Assembly: GCA_963716725.1 (NCBI GenBank) | Contig: CAVQUB010000027.1 | Coordinates: 80,118 to 144,117 of the forward strand | Direction of reading: 5' to 3' | Source of the DNA: an uncultured delta proteobacterium | GTDB lineage: Bacteria > Myxococcota_A > Polyangia > Polyangiales > Polyangiaceae | DNA length: 64,000 nt | Shown here: positions 13,461 through 23,783 of the stretch, piece after piece | How positions within the stretch are numbered: position 1 is the stretch's first letter | Layout of the letters: every line of letters begins with the position of its first letter | Notes under the pieces: model-generated | Told to the model about the DNA's origin: nothing | The model's database searches: none | Seen by the model: the letters and a program-made list of their open reading frames with translations, nothing else | Translations under genes and position numbers: made by a program

Positions 13461-15059
13461 ATGAGGAAGCTCGTCGCCCTAAGCGCCCTGCCGGTATTGT
13501 TCGCAACCGCCCCCGCGTGGGCGGCCAGCTACGAAATCGCGCCCGGGGCCAATCTGAGCCAGGAGATCGCCAAGCTCAAAGCCGGTGACGAGCTGGTGCT
13601 CAAGGGCGGGACCTACACCTTGAGCGGCAAGCTCACCGTCTCGGTGGCGGGGACCGCCAACGCGCCCATCGTGATCCGCAGCAAAGACGGCGAGACTGCC
13701 CACATCACCCGCGACGCCAGCCAAAACGTGATCAACGTCGAGAACACCAAGTACGTCGTGCTTCGGAAGCTCGAGGTCTCCAAGGGCTCGCACGGCATCC
13801 GCATCACGAGCTCGAGCTTCATCACCGTCGAAGACTGCCACATCCACGACACGGCCGACGTCGCGGTCTCGGCCAACGTCGGCGGCTCCAAGTACGAAGG
13901 CCTGGTCATCCGTCGCAATCACATCCACCACACCAACGGCACCGGCGAGGGCATGTACCTCGGCTGCAACAACGACGGCTGCCAGATGTTCGACAGCCTG
14001 ATCGAGGGCAACTACGTCCATCACACGAATCAGTCGAGCGTCAGCCAGGGCGACGGCATCGAGATCAAGCAGGGCAGCTACAACAACATCGTGCGCGACA
14101 ACGTGATCCACGACACGAACTACCCCTGCATCTTGATCTACGGCACCGCGGGCAAGGCCGTGAACCTGCTCGAGCGCAACGCCATGTGGAATTGCGGCGA
14201 CCACGGCATTCAGGCCGAGGCCGACGCCATCATCCGGAACAACTTGGTGCTCGGCGCCAAGGCCGACGGCATCCGCAACCAGCTCCACCAGCAGCAGAGC
14301 GTCGAAGATCTGACCATTGTGCACAATACGGTGCTCAACGCCGGCGACGCGCTGCGCTCTGACGGCATCAAGAGCAACGTCGTGATCGCCAACAACGCGC
14401 TCTACAGCCAAAACGGCAATGCGCTCCGCGTTGCCGGAACGCTCTCGGCGCTGACCGTCGCCGGCAACGTCGGCATGGGCTCCACCCAGGGCGTGAGCGC
14501 AGGCTTCACCGGCGGCGGCACCCTGGCCGCGGACTTCATGGACGCGGCCTTCGGGGGCGCCAAGCTGAACGTCTTCCCGAAGACTGGCAGCAAGCTGATC
14601 GGCGCGGGAGACGCCAAGTACGTGGTCGGCGACGACTTCAACGGTACGCCGCGCGGCGGCGTGGCCGACGTCGGTGCCCACAAGTTCGGCGCGAGCAATC
14701 CCGGTTGGACCGTCGGCGCCGGCTTCAAAGATCCGACCGCGAGCGGGGGCACGGGTGGCACGGGTGGCAGCGGCGGATCCGGTGGTGCGGGCACCGGGGG
14801 CAGCGGCACCGGCGGCTCTGCGGGTTCACCCGCCGGCGGCAGCGCGGGCTCGAGCACCGGCGGCAGCGCAGGCTCGAGCACCGGCGGCAGCGGCACCGGC
14901 GGCGGCAGCACCGGGGGCAGCGGCACCGGCGGCGCGAAGAGCGGCGACAGCAGCGCCGACGACGGCGGTTGCGGATGCAGAGCCACGCCGAGCGGGTCGA
15001 ACCTGGGTTGGGCGGGGTTCGCCGCGCTCGCGCTGCTGCGCTTCAGGCGCCGGCGTTGA
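13461..15059 (+). CDS. Secreted right-handed parallel beta-helix protein with a Gly/Ser linker and MYXO-CTERM-type sorting tail
   Basis: Signal peptide; repeats such as IRRNHIHHT, GEGMYLGCN, IVRDNVIHDT; tail DDGGCGCR...hydrophobic...RRRR. Confidence 0.88.
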   Translation: MRKLVALSALPVLFATAPAWAASYEIAPGANLSQEIAKLKAGDELVLKGGTYTLSGKLTVSVAGTANAPIVIRSKDGETAHITRDASQNVINVENTKYVVLRKLEVSKGSHGIRITSSSFITVEDCHIHDTADVAVSANVGGSKYEGLVIRRNHIHHTNGTGEGMYLGCNNDGCQMFDSLIEGNYVHHTNQSSVSQGDGIEIKQGSYNNIVRDNVIHDTNYPCILIYGTAGKAVNLLERNAMWNCGDHGIQAEADAIIRNNLVLGAKADGIRNQLHQQQSVEDLTIVHNTVLNAGDALRSDGIKSNVVIANNALYSQNGNALRVAGTLSALTVAGNVGMGSTQGVSAGFTGGGTLAADFMDAAFGGAKLNVFPKTGSKLIGAGDAKYVVGDDFNGTPRGGVADVGAHKFGASNPGWTVGAGFKDPTASGGTGGTGGSGGSGGAGTGGSGTGGSAGSPAGGSAGSSTGGSAGSSTGGSGTGGGSTGGSGTGGAKSGDSSADDGGCGCRATPSGSNLGWAGFAALALLRFRRRR

Positions 15060-15065
15060 TCCCGA

Positions 15066-16034
15066 TCACCAGTCGAGCAGGTAAGCTGCCACCAGCGGGA
15101 ACACGATGGTGGCGTCGCTCTCGATGATGAACCTGGGAGTGTCGAGATCCAGCTTGCCCCAGGTGATCTTCTCGTTCGGCACCGCTCCGCTGTAGCTCCC
15201 GTAGGACGTCGTCGAGTCGCTGATCTGACAGAAGTAGCCCCAGTAGGGGCACTGCTGCTGCAGGTCCTGGTGAATCAGCGGGACCACGCAGATGGGGAAG
15301 TCACCGGCGATGCCGCCGCCGATCTGGAAGAACCCGATGCTCGACCGGGCGCTCTCTTCTCGGTACCAGTCGATCAGCGTGCGCATCTGCTCGAGACCGC
15401 TCTTGATCGTCGTGGCGTTTTTCACCTCGCCGCGGACCACCGAGGCCACGAACATGTTGGCCAGAGTCGAGTCTTCGTAGCCGGGCACCCACATCGGCAG
15501 GTTCTTTTCGCAGGCCGCGAGCAGCCAGCTGTCCTTCGGATCGATCTCGTATTCGGGCTCGAGCTTCTTGCTGCGGAGGAGCTTGTAGAAGATCTCGTGG
15601 GGGAACAGCCGCTCCCCCTTGGAATCAGCGTCTCTCCACAGCTCGAGCATGTGCCGCTCGATCTTGCGCATGGCCTCCCCTTCGGGGATGCAGGTGTCGG
15701 TCACGCGGTTCAGGCCTTGGTGTTCGAGCTCTTTCTCCTGCTCCGCGGTCAACATGCGGTAGGCGGGGATGCGCCGGTAGCTCTTGTGGGCCACCAGGTT
15801 GAAGACGTCTTCTTCGAGGTTGGCACCGGTGCAGCAGATCGCGTGCACTTTCCCCTTCCGGATCAGCTCCGCGATGACCGTACCCATCTCGGCGGTACTC
15901 ATGGCCCCCGCCAGGGTGAGCAGCATCTTCCCGCCTCCCGCCAGGTGGCTCTCCCAAGCCTGAGCGGCATCGACGACGACCGCCGCGTTGAAGTGTCGGA
16001 AGTGGTGCGTGACGAAGTTGCGGACAGCTCCCAT
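15066..16034 (-). CDS. Deoxyhypusine synthase-like protein (polyamine/homospermidine pathway family)
   Basis: FRHFNA, LAGAMSTAE, TGANLEED, NRVTDT, IGGGIAGDFPICVVP, SYSGAVPNEKITWGK, ESDATIV. Confidence 0.93.
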   Translation of the reverse strand: MGAVRNFVTHHFRHFNAAVVVDAAQAWESHLAGGGKMLLTLAGAMSTAEMGTVIAELIRKGKVHAICCTGANLEEDVFNLVAHKSYRRIPAYRMLTAEQEKELEHQGLNRVTDTCIPEGEAMRKIERHMLELWRDADSKGERLFPHEIFYKLLRSKKLEPEYEIDPKDSWLLAACEKNLPMWVPGYEDSTLANMFVASVVRGEVKNATTIKSGLEQMRTLIDWYREESARSSIGFFQIGGGIAGDFPICVVPLIHQDLQQQCPYWGYFCQISDSTTSYGSYSGAVPNEKITWGKLDLDTPRFIIESDATIVFPLVAAYLLDW

Positions 16035-16105
16035 GGCTCGGGAGAGACACCAAAGCTAGCGCGCTCTGTCAAGAGCGGCAGGGCCAGCGCGATGACCGCG
16101 CCGCC

Positions 16106-17449
16106 TCAGAAAGCGAAATCGACGTTCAGATTCACCACCCCGACGGCCTGCTTGTAGTTGCCGCCGGCATCGGGATTCGGCACCGCGCCGCTCGGATTGG
16201 GCTCGGTGAGCGTGTTCTTGCCGTTGGTGTCGCGCGGCAAGTACACGATCTGCGTATAGGAGAGCGATCCGAACAGGTTCTTTACCATCTCGAAGCGTCC
16301 GCCCGCGCTGAACGAAATGCCATCCCAGTCGGGCAGCGCTGGCTCGAGGGTCTCGTCCGGCACGGCGTTCGACGAGAACCCGGCTCCGCCGTAGACCTCG
16401 ATTGGCTCCGTCACCCACTTGCTGAAGCCCGCTCGAACCCCGAAGGTGTCCTTCCAGCTCCGATCTTGATCGAGCAGCGGGAAGTCCTTCTCGGGGTTCT
16501 CGACGAAGTGGCGTTCGAGCACGCTCCACCGCGTGTAGTCGCCGAACAAGCGGATCTCCATGTCGGGCGCTGGCCGGTAGCGAGCCCCGAGCCGAATCAC
16601 GTCGGGCAGCTCGTGCTCCATTTCGGCCTTCACGACGCTCGAAGCGTAGGAGCCGTTGGCGTTCACCAAGAGTGTCGCTTGGTCGCCCTTCAGGCGCTTC
16701 ATGCCCGTCAAGTTGGGCCGCGACTGATACGACGCGCCGATCCAGAGCTGCTTCGGCATCGCCTCGTAAAGCGCTCCGATGCCCATGCTCCAGTCGGTCC
16801 CAGTGACGTTCAGGTAGGCTCGCCCCTCGGTCGCGACCTGGTTGTTGCCGGACGGCGTCTTGGCGCGCACGGTGTCCACGGTCGTGAGGATCAAGTTGCC
16901 GGAGACACCGATCGACAGCCGAGCCGGCTCGATGTGGTACGCGCCTGCGAGTGTGATGAAGCTCGAGCGGATGATGCCTTCCATCACGTACCAGCGCGCA
17001 ACGCCGTCGTAGGGGCCAGCGTGAGTCGGGTCGTCCTTGAAGTCGTCGTTCTTGTCCCAGACGCTCTGGCCGCCATAGGGAACGTAGAAGCCGGCACCCA
17101 GCGCGACATCGCCGATCTTGGTGGTCACTCCGAACATGGGCGACGCGAGCACGTTGAAGAGTTTGCTCGTGCCGTCGTTGGCGCCCGGCACGGTGCCGTC
17201 ATCCGTGCCGGTGAGCTGGTGGTTGTACGAGACCTTGCGCCAGGCAAGAGACACGTCCGCGAAGAGGTGCGTGTCGCTGCTCATGCCGATGCCGGCTGGG
17301 TTGTAGAAGATGGCGGTGGCGTTGGTCGTCGTCGGGTGACCGTGCTCGCCCCCGAAGCGCGCCACCGAAATGCCCGAAGCCACCGCTGCGCGCGGCGCCA
17401 CCACGCTGCACAAGGCGACCACCCCAAATCCCACGCCGAGCCGTTTCAT
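16106..17449 (-). CDS. OmpP1/FadL family outer-membrane transporter
   Basis: Signal peptide; NATAIFYNPAGI hatch motif; YTRWS; C-terminal Phe (VDFAF). Confidence 0.88.
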   Translation of the reverse strand: MKRLGVGFGVVALCSVVAPRAAVASGISVARFGGEHGHPTTTNATAIFYNPAGIGMSSDTHLFADVSLAWRKVSYNHQLTGTDDGTVPGANDGTSKLFNVLASPMFGVTTKIGDVALGAGFYVPYGGQSVWDKNDDFKDDPTHAGPYDGVARWYVMEGIIRSSFITLAGAYHIEPARLSIGVSGNLILTTVDTVRAKTPSGNNQVATEGRAYLNVTGTDWSMGIGALYEAMPKQLWIGASYQSRPNLTGMKRLKGDQATLLVNANGSYASSVVKAEMEHELPDVIRLGARYRPAPDMEIRLFGDYTRWSVLERHFVENPEKDFPLLDQDRSWKDTFGVRAGFSKWVTEPIEVYGGAGFSSNAVPDETLEPALPDWDGISFSAGGRFEMVKNLFGSLSYTQIVYLPRDTNGKNTLTEPNPSGAVPNPDAGGNYKQAVGVVNLNVDFAF

Positions 17450-17598
17450 AGGCCGGTTCTACACCAGCTTCTTGGCTCGAAGCGAACGGGAAACGGCAGG
17501 CTTGACCCCCACAGCGGCGGCCCGTATGACAGACATCGGGTGTTCCGCTGACGGCGGACGCCCTTCTGCTATCATTCCTCGACCGGATCGAGCCCACG

Positions 17599-18297
17599 AT
17601 GCTTTCGAAACGCACCCTCCTTGCTCTGTCCCTCCCGCTCTTGCTCGTGACGGGCTGCCCGGATGCCGAGGGCGAGTACGACGCCTTCCGGGATCGCCAC
17701 GAGAAGATCCACCCCAGTGGCGTGGGAGGCGAAGCCGGCGCGGGCGGCTCTGCCGGCGCCGATGGCGGCGACGCTGCGGTCTGCGAGGCGCCGAAACCGG
17801 GTGAAATCGACGGCGACTACCTGTTCTCGCTGGCGGCGGTGCTGGACCACGTGAAGCCGATGCTCTTCCGCGCCAAGGTCACGACCGAGGCCGGCGGTGG
17901 CGCGACGACCATGCGCTGGAACCTGCAAGGGCTGAAGTGGGACGATAGGAAGACCCTGGTCGGCACTGCCTTCGACATTCCCGCGGCGGCGGATGCGCCG
18001 TTTCAACTCGGCGCTGACGGCACGTTCTCGACCAAGCTGCCGCTGTTGACGGTGGTCGGCGAAGCAAATCCATTCTCTCACACTCAGGTCTCGGCTCAGG
18101 TCTCCCTCACCGGGAAGTTCTGTGGAGCGGGGGATTTCTTCTGCGGCACGGCCGAAGGCACCTTGCCCGATCTCGGCGATCTGTCCCTGAACGGCTCCAC
18201 CTGGACGCTCGAGAAGGTGACCGGCACGGACTACCCAGAGCCGCCGCACATCAACTGCAAGCAGGCGCTCGCGCTTCCCGTCGGCACCTGGCAGTAG
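17599..18297 (+). CDS. Hypothetical lipoprotein
   Basis: Lipobox VTGC, Gly linker, Cys-containing beta domain. Confidence 0.7.
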   Translation: MLSKRTLLALSLPLLLVTGCPDAEGEYDAFRDRHEKIHPSGVGGEAGAGGSAGADGGDAAVCEAPKPGEIDGDYLFSLAAVLDHVKPMLFRAKVTTEAGGGATTMRWNLQGLKWDDRKTLVGTAFDIPAAADAPFQLGADGTFSTKLPLLTVVGEANPFSHTQVSAQVSLTGKFCGAGDFFCGTAEGTLPDLGDLSLNGSTWTLEKVTGTDYPEPPHINCKQALALPVGTWQ

Positions 18298-18479
18298 CGC
18301 ACGTGCAGCCTCAGCGCGCTGCACTCTGGTAGGAATTTTCCGCTCAGAGTCCGCGAAATTCGGCACATCGCCGTACAGATTTCGAGTGTGCGCCTGGGCT
18401 TCCTGAGTCATTGTTTCCCACCCCTCGGGGCCGCAGGGCGAGAGAGGCACTCGCCCCGCGCACAGGCAGGACGGTCAGG

Positions 18480-20694
18480 ATGCGGACATCAATCTGTACG
18501 CTCGCGGTCATGCTGACTGCGGTGGGTTGCAGCTCGGCAGGCAGCGGCAACGCAGGTTTTGGCGGGGAAGCTGGCGCGACCAGCGGCGGCGCGGGCGGCG
18601 GCGGGTCAACCAGCGGCGGCGCAGGCGGCGGCGGGTCAACCAGCGGCGGCGCGGGCGGCGGCGGCAACAGCGGCGGCCTCGGCGGCGCGGCGGGTGGCGG
18701 CGGAATGGCGGGGTCAGGCGCGACCGGCGGCAGCGGCGCGACCGGCGGCAGCGGCGCGACCGGCGGCAGCGGCGCGACCGGCGGCAGCGGCGCGACCGGC
18801 GGCAGCGGCGCAACCGGCGGCACCGGTGGAGGCGGTCCGAGCTGCGTCGGACATTGCGGAAGCACTACCGCGGTCCCGGGGTCCAACCCCGCCTGCTACT
18901 GCGACGCCGGCTGCGTGGGTTACAACGACTGCTGCGGTGACTACGGCGCCGTGTGCGGCGGCGGGACCGGCGGGACCGGGGGAACCGGCGGCGGCGGAAC
19001 CGGCGGGGGCGGAACCGGCGGTGGCGGAACCGGCGGCGGCGGCGGCACGAGCACGCAGCTCGATTTGCGAGCCGACGTGAACCGCGACGGCGCTGTGGAC
19101 ACTGCGGGCACCAGCGACGAGACCGGCGAGGACAGCTGGACCGCGTCTCGCGGCGCGGTGTTCCTCCCGAACATCGACGACGACAACGGGGACTGCCCGA
19201 AGAGCGGCACCGACGCCCAGCTCGCGGCCTGCAACGACGCGACGAACTCGGTCATCGACGGCGCCGACGACTTGGCGGAATCTGGCCCGCCTGCGCACCG
19301 TGCCTTGGCCGACCGCGCCCAGCAACGCCGCGGCTAGCATCAGCGTGAGCCAGCCGAGCCGAGTGAGGCTCTTCAAGAACGTCGGTGGCAACTTCACCGC
19401 CATCGCCAGCGGTGCCTCCCTGACCTCCGCGGAGCTCAAAGCCGGCGTCGAGTTCGGCATCGAGGGCCTCGACATCCGTCGTGACGCCTCCTGGGACGGC
19501 TACCTGAACGTCACGCTCAGCATGACCGCCGGCGGCAGCGGCAGCGACGTGGTGCGCATGCGCATGTCGCCCGTGATGCTGAATCACCACGTGCAAGACG
19601 CGTCGAACGTCTACGTGACCGCATTCAGCTCGGCCGGGTCCCAAGCCATGCGCGCCGATCTATCGGCGGCGTGCTCGAGCGCGGGCACGCCCTACACCGA
19701 GTTGACGGGGCTGAGCGATCAGTGGACGCAAGACTACTTCGAGACCGGATACATGAGCATGCCGGCGACCGGTGGCCAGCAGAAGGTCATCCGCGTCTAC
19801 TTCCGCTCGGCGAACTACACGACCAGCGGGCTGCGCGCCGCAGGCAAGGTCGTCTACACCTATTTCCACGGCAAAGACCGCGCGGGCGTGACCCACTACG
19901 ATCCGAACCACTCGAACAGCGCCGACACGCTCAACTCATTCGGCAACACCGAGACGATCCCGCCCCACGGCAGCTATCCCCTCGGTCGCATCCTGCGCGG
20001 CAGCGTCTCGAACTTCTACCCCGATCAGATGTTCGAATCGATGCTCACGGCTCAGGGCATGCAATCGCAGGTCTTCATCGACACCTCTTGGCTCTCGGTG
20101 GGGCACGTCGACGAGACCCTGTCTTTCGTCAAGGCGTCGAGCCCGCGGGGCTGGGTGATGCTGGCCAACGACGCTGCGCTCGCCAAGACCATGTTGCAGA
20201 CCGCTCAGTCTCAGGGCTACGGCAGCACGCAGATGTTCATCGGCAAGACCTGGAACGGCGGCAGCTCGGCTCAGGTCTCGATCAACTCGGTGCTCGCCGA
20301 CTCGAACGTGATGGGTGCTTCCAACGAAGCCGTGGCCGAGGTCAACTCGCAGATCGCGGTCGTCAAGTCCGCGACGGGGCTCACCGACGCCGAAATCATC
20401 AAGGTCCCCTTCCTGCACTGGAAGGCGAGCAGCTACTCCGTCGCGTTCCAGCCCGGGACCGTCAACCTCACCTATGTGGGTCCGAAGACCGTCGCAGCCG
20501 CCAAGCCCCACGGGCCCAAGATCAACGGCGTCGACATCTTCGAAGACCAAATGATCAAGGCGCTGCAGCCCTACGGCATCAGCGTGAAGTTCGTCGAGGA
20601 CTGGGACCTCTATCACCGCCTCTCCGGAGAGGTGCATTGCGGAAGTAACGCGGATCGTGCGGTCACCACGAAGTGGTGGGAGAGTGGCAAATGA
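18480..20694 (+). CDS. Lipoprotein protein-arginine deiminase (PAD) with Gly-rich linkers and a somatomedin-B-like Cys domain; frameshift at about 19280
   Basis: Lipobox AVGC; SMB-like CVGHC...CYCDAGCVGYNDCCGDYGAVC; LRADVNRDG, FLPNIDDD; PAD core DQWTQD, SFGNTETIPP, PLGRIL, DTSWLSVGHVDE, GEVHCGSN. Confidence 0.88.
18717..18824 (+). repeat. 18-bp tandem repeat, about 6 copies, encoding GATGGS in the PAD linker
   Basis: ggcgcgaccggcggcagc x5 plus one degenerate copy. Confidence 0.9.
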
Positions 20695-21623
20695 AGACCT
20701 CGAAGCTCTGGATCGGCCTCGCTGCGGGGCTCGTCATGGTCTCGCTGGCGGGCGGCGCTCGGGCGGACGGCATCGGCGTTCAAGCGCGCCACTTCAAGGG
20801 CAAAGCCCGCACGGCCCTCCAAGCACAGGTGGGCAAGGCGCGGCAGCAGAACCCGGTCGTGTTCGCCAAGGTCGCCGAGGCCCCCAAGCTCGCCATTGAA
20901 GCGGAGCAGCAGCGGCGCGGCCGCGTCGCAAGCATCACGCTGCCACTGCAAGCTCTGGGCAAGGACGCGCTCTTCCCGATGCTCGAGATGCTGGCGCTCG
21001 ACGGGCCGGCTCGCGGCAAAATGAACGACGGCGCCTGGACCACCCTCCGGGTCGGCCTGATCGAGGCCGTGGGCCTGATCCGCGACGCCCGCGCGACGCC
21101 CGCGCTCGGCACCATCCTCGAGCGCGAGAGCGATTTCGAGGTGACACGCGCGGCGGCCGAAGCCCTCGGCCGCATCGGGGACGACGCCTCGGCGAAGAAG
21201 CTCGCTCGCCTGGCCCTCGGCGCCGGCCCCAAGCGTCTGGCTGTGATGTCGGCCCTCGGAGAGTGTCGGCGCACGGTCGCTGCCAACGCGCTCTCCAAGC
21301 TCGCAAAGACCGCCGACGAAGCCCAGCTCCTGATCGTGACCAAGAACCTGGGAACGGTCGGCAACTCGTGGGCCTGGCAGACCGCTGACATTTCGAAGTC
21401 TGGCGAGGGTGCCCAGGTGCGCAGCATCGCCGCGCGAGCGCTGCTGGAGGTCTTCGTAAAGCACCAAGGCCTCGTGCGGAGCAAGGCCGAGCGCGCGCTC
21501 TTGGTCGTCGACGATCCTTCGACGCCAGCGCTGATCGCGGCCGCAAAGCAGGGTGCGAATGCAGACGGCGCCCGTGCGCTCGACTCGCTGTCGGCCCAGA
21601 TCGCGAAGAACCCCGCCCGCTGA
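20691..21623 (+). CDS. Secreted HEAT-repeat protein, translationally coupled to PAD
   Basis: ATGA overlap with the PAD stop; signal peptide ending ARA-D; HEAT-like RAAAEALGRIGD, ALGECR. Confidence 0.75.
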   Translation: MKTSKLWIGLAAGLVMVSLAGGARADGIGVQARHFKGKARTALQAQVGKARQQNPVVFAKVAEAPKLAIEAEQQRRGRVASITLPLQALGKDALFPMLEMLALDGPARGKMNDGAWTTLRVGLIEAVGLIRDARATPALGTILERESDFEVTRAAAEALGRIGDDASAKKLARLALGAGPKRLAVMSALGECRRTVAANALSKLAKTADEAQLLIVTKNLGTVGNSWAWQTADISKSGEGAQVRSIAARALLEVFVKHQGLVRSKAERALLVVDDPSTPALIAAAKQGANADGARALDSLSAQIAKNPAR

Positions 21624-22343
21624 TCAGCTGCGCCGGGCCAGGCGAAAGAGGCGCTTTCCGCTTCGTTCGTCGGGCCCCGCGACTCGCAGCATGTCGAGTC
21701 GGATCTCGCGGATGCGTCCTGGACCGTTGACGTCGCGGATCTTGAGGCGCTCGTCGTCCCCCATCAGCACTTCGCACAAACCGAAGGCAAAATGCTCGAC
21801 CAGATCTCCGGGTTCCGGGACGAGCGGCTCGTGCTCGGCCTCCGCCGCGCGCCGCAGCACGGCGCTTGCGAGCGCCGCTTTGGCCCAGTCCCCGGGCACC
21901 GGAGTCGCCGGCCCGTTGTTGGGCGATGAGGCCGAAGGACTCGCCTTGGGAGTGGATGCGACGGGCGCGGGTGCGGCCTTGGCCTCGGGTGCCGGTACGA
22001 AGGGCTCGACCAAGGCCCGCGAGTGGGAGCAGGGCTGGATGAAGAGCGTGACGCCGTCGGAGGTGGCGCGCACCAGCTCGCCCGCCCACACCTCCGCGCC
22101 CGAGTCCGAGGCGCGCGCGAGGGTCACACCGTAGGGCCCACCGCTGGCGCCTGCCAGATGAACGAGCGAGAAACGACCGCGCGGAGCGCGCACGGGATTG
22201 GCCCCCTCACCCGCGAGTCGTATCTCCACGCCCTCGACAGCGCCCGTGGCCTGCACCCACCCCTCGATGCCGCTCGAAGCTTCGGCGATCTCGCTCATCA
22301 AATCTCGACCGCGACCGACCGACACCAGGCGAGGCAACGTCAT
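21624..22343 (-). CDS. Hypothetical protein, possible PPC/DUF296-like N-terminal domain
   Basis: WVQATGAVEGVEI...FSLVHLAG...WAGELV resembles the PPC fold; C-terminal PGDLVEHFAFGLCEVL domain. Confidence 0.55.
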   Translation of the reverse strand: MTLPRLVSVGRGRDLMSEIAEASSGIEGWVQATGAVEGVEIRLAGEGANPVRAPRGRFSLVHLAGASGGPYGVTLARASDSGAEVWAGELVRATSDGVTLFIQPCSHSRALVEPFVPAPEAKAAPAPVASTPKASPSASSPNNGPATPVPGDWAKAALASAVLRRAAEAEHEPLVPEPGDLVEHFAFGLCEVLMGDDERLKIRDVNGPGRIREIRLDMLRVAGPDERSGKRLFRLARRS

Positions 22344-22387
22344 TCACCGGACTCATCCCGCCGAGGCTCCGCGGCGTCAAGTGAGGT

Positions 22388-23233
22388 TCAGAGATTGCTC
22401 TGTAGCGCCCGCCCGACGGCGCCGACGTAGCTCGCGCCAAACAGGTTCACGTGAACCAGAAGCGGGTACAGCTGGTAGAGGTCGACGCGACGCTCGTGGC
22501 CCGGCGCGAGCGGGCAGGCCTCCTGGTAAGCCGCGAAGACCCGGGGTCCGAACCCGCCAAAGAGCTTCATCATCGCCAGGTCCATCTCGCGATGTCCGCC
22601 GTATACGGCCGGATCCACCAGGCACGGCTCGCCGTCTGCGGTGGCGTGGAGGTTTCCTCCCCACATGTCACCGTGAAGCCGCGCTGCGGGCTCCACCGGA
22701 CCGACGAGCTCGGGCAGACGGAGGTACAGACGCTCGAAGGCCAGAACCAGCGACTTGCCGAGGAGGCCCCGCGCGCGCTCCACCATGGGAGCGAGGCGGC
22801 GGGCCCGATAAAATGTCGGCCAGTCGAGCACGGACTGGTTGTCCTGCGGCAGGTGCCCGATGAAGTTGTCTTGGACGTGGCCGAATCCGGGCGCGCCGCT
22901 CGCGTGCAGCGCGGCGAGCTTCCTGCCGAGGTCTTCGTCGAAGCGCGGAGTTCGCGGGCCCGCGTCGACCCACTCGAGCACCAGGTAACCTTCACCGACG
23001 GCGATGACGCCCGGCACAGCGACGACGCGCGGCTCGGCGAGCCAGGCGAGCCCACCGGCCTCTGCCGCAAACATGCCCGGAGGCGCAGCAGCGTTGTATT
23101 TGACGAAGGCGCGCCGGCGGTCCGCAAGTTCGACCGAGAACGCTTCGTTGATGTCTCCGCCGGAGACGCTCGAGGCACGCTCGACTCGGCTGCCGAGCAC
23201 GCGGCCGATTTCGTCGCGCAGCGAGCTCTTCAT
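22388..23233 (-). CDS. Fructosamine kinase family protein
   Basis: VSGGDINEAF, FAAEAGGL, DNFIG.LPQDN, LHGDMWGGN, DPAVYGGHREMDLAM. Confidence 0.93.
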   Translation of the reverse strand: MKSSLRDEIGRVLGSRVERASSVSGGDINEAFSVELADRRRAFVKYNAAAPPGMFAAEAGGLAWLAEPRVVAVPGVIAVGEGYLVLEWVDAGPRTPRFDEDLGRKLAALHASGAPGFGHVQDNFIGHLPQDNQSVLDWPTFYRARRLAPMVERARGLLGKSLVLAFERLYLRLPELVGPVEPAARLHGDMWGGNLHATADGEPCLVDPAVYGGHREMDLAMMKLFGGFGPRVFAAYQEACPLAPGHERRVDLYQLYPLLVHVNLFGASYVGAVGRALQSNL

Positions 23234-23715
23234 CCCGGCTCGCGCCGCTCGCGAATGTGGGCGAGCAGCCCGCGACAGGCGGCGTCGCACAGATCGAGCA
23301 CCTCGTCGAAGCCCTCGGGCCCGCCGTAGTAGGGATCTGGCACGCTGGCGTGCTCGGGTGACGCCGGATCGAAGTGCCTGAGCAGGTACAGCTTCTCGTG
23401 GTGCCGCGCCGGGGCGCTCCGCTTCAGTTCGTCAAAGTTGTCCCGGTCCATCGCCACCACGTAGTCGAAGCGCTCCCAATCCGGAGCACGGAATTGACGA
23501 GCGGCGCCGCCGACGCGGATCCCGCGGGCGCGTGCCGCCGCCGTCGCACGCCGATCCGGTGGCTCTCCGCTGTGGTAGGCGGCGGTCCCCGCGCTGTCCG
23601 CTTCGATCCGATCCACGAGACCCTCCAGCTCGACCAAGTGCCGGAAGACGCCCTCCGCCGTCGGAGAGCGGCAGATGTTGCCGAGACATACGAAGCAAAC
23701 GCGCACGTTGGGCAT
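23230..23715 (-). CDS. Low-molecular-weight protein-tyrosine phosphatase
   Basis: FVCLGNICRSPTAEG, DSAGT, VPDPYYG. Confidence 0.96.
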   Translation of the reverse strand: MPNVRVCFVCLGNICRSPTAEGVFRHLVELEGLVDRIEADSAGTAAYHSGEPPDRRATAAARARGIRVGGAARQFRAPDWERFDYVVAMDRDNFDELKRSAPARHHEKLYLLRHFDPASPEHASVPDPYYGGPEGFDEVLDLCDAACRGLLAHIRERREPG

Positions 23716-23783
23716 GCTGCGGCGCGCAGTATGGCGAAGGGCCACACGAGACGCTAGGCTCCGCCGCGCCTGACGGAGACCCC

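Noticed and set aside
14744..14935. Gly/Ser/Thr low-complexity repeats (also 18560-19050)
   Set aside because: Ordinary myxobacterial linkers
15066..20694. Deoxyhypusine-synthase-like gene and PAD as one protein-modification pathway
   Set aside because: Opposite strands, separated by unrelated genes, and cytoplasmic versus exported; nothing beyond proximity
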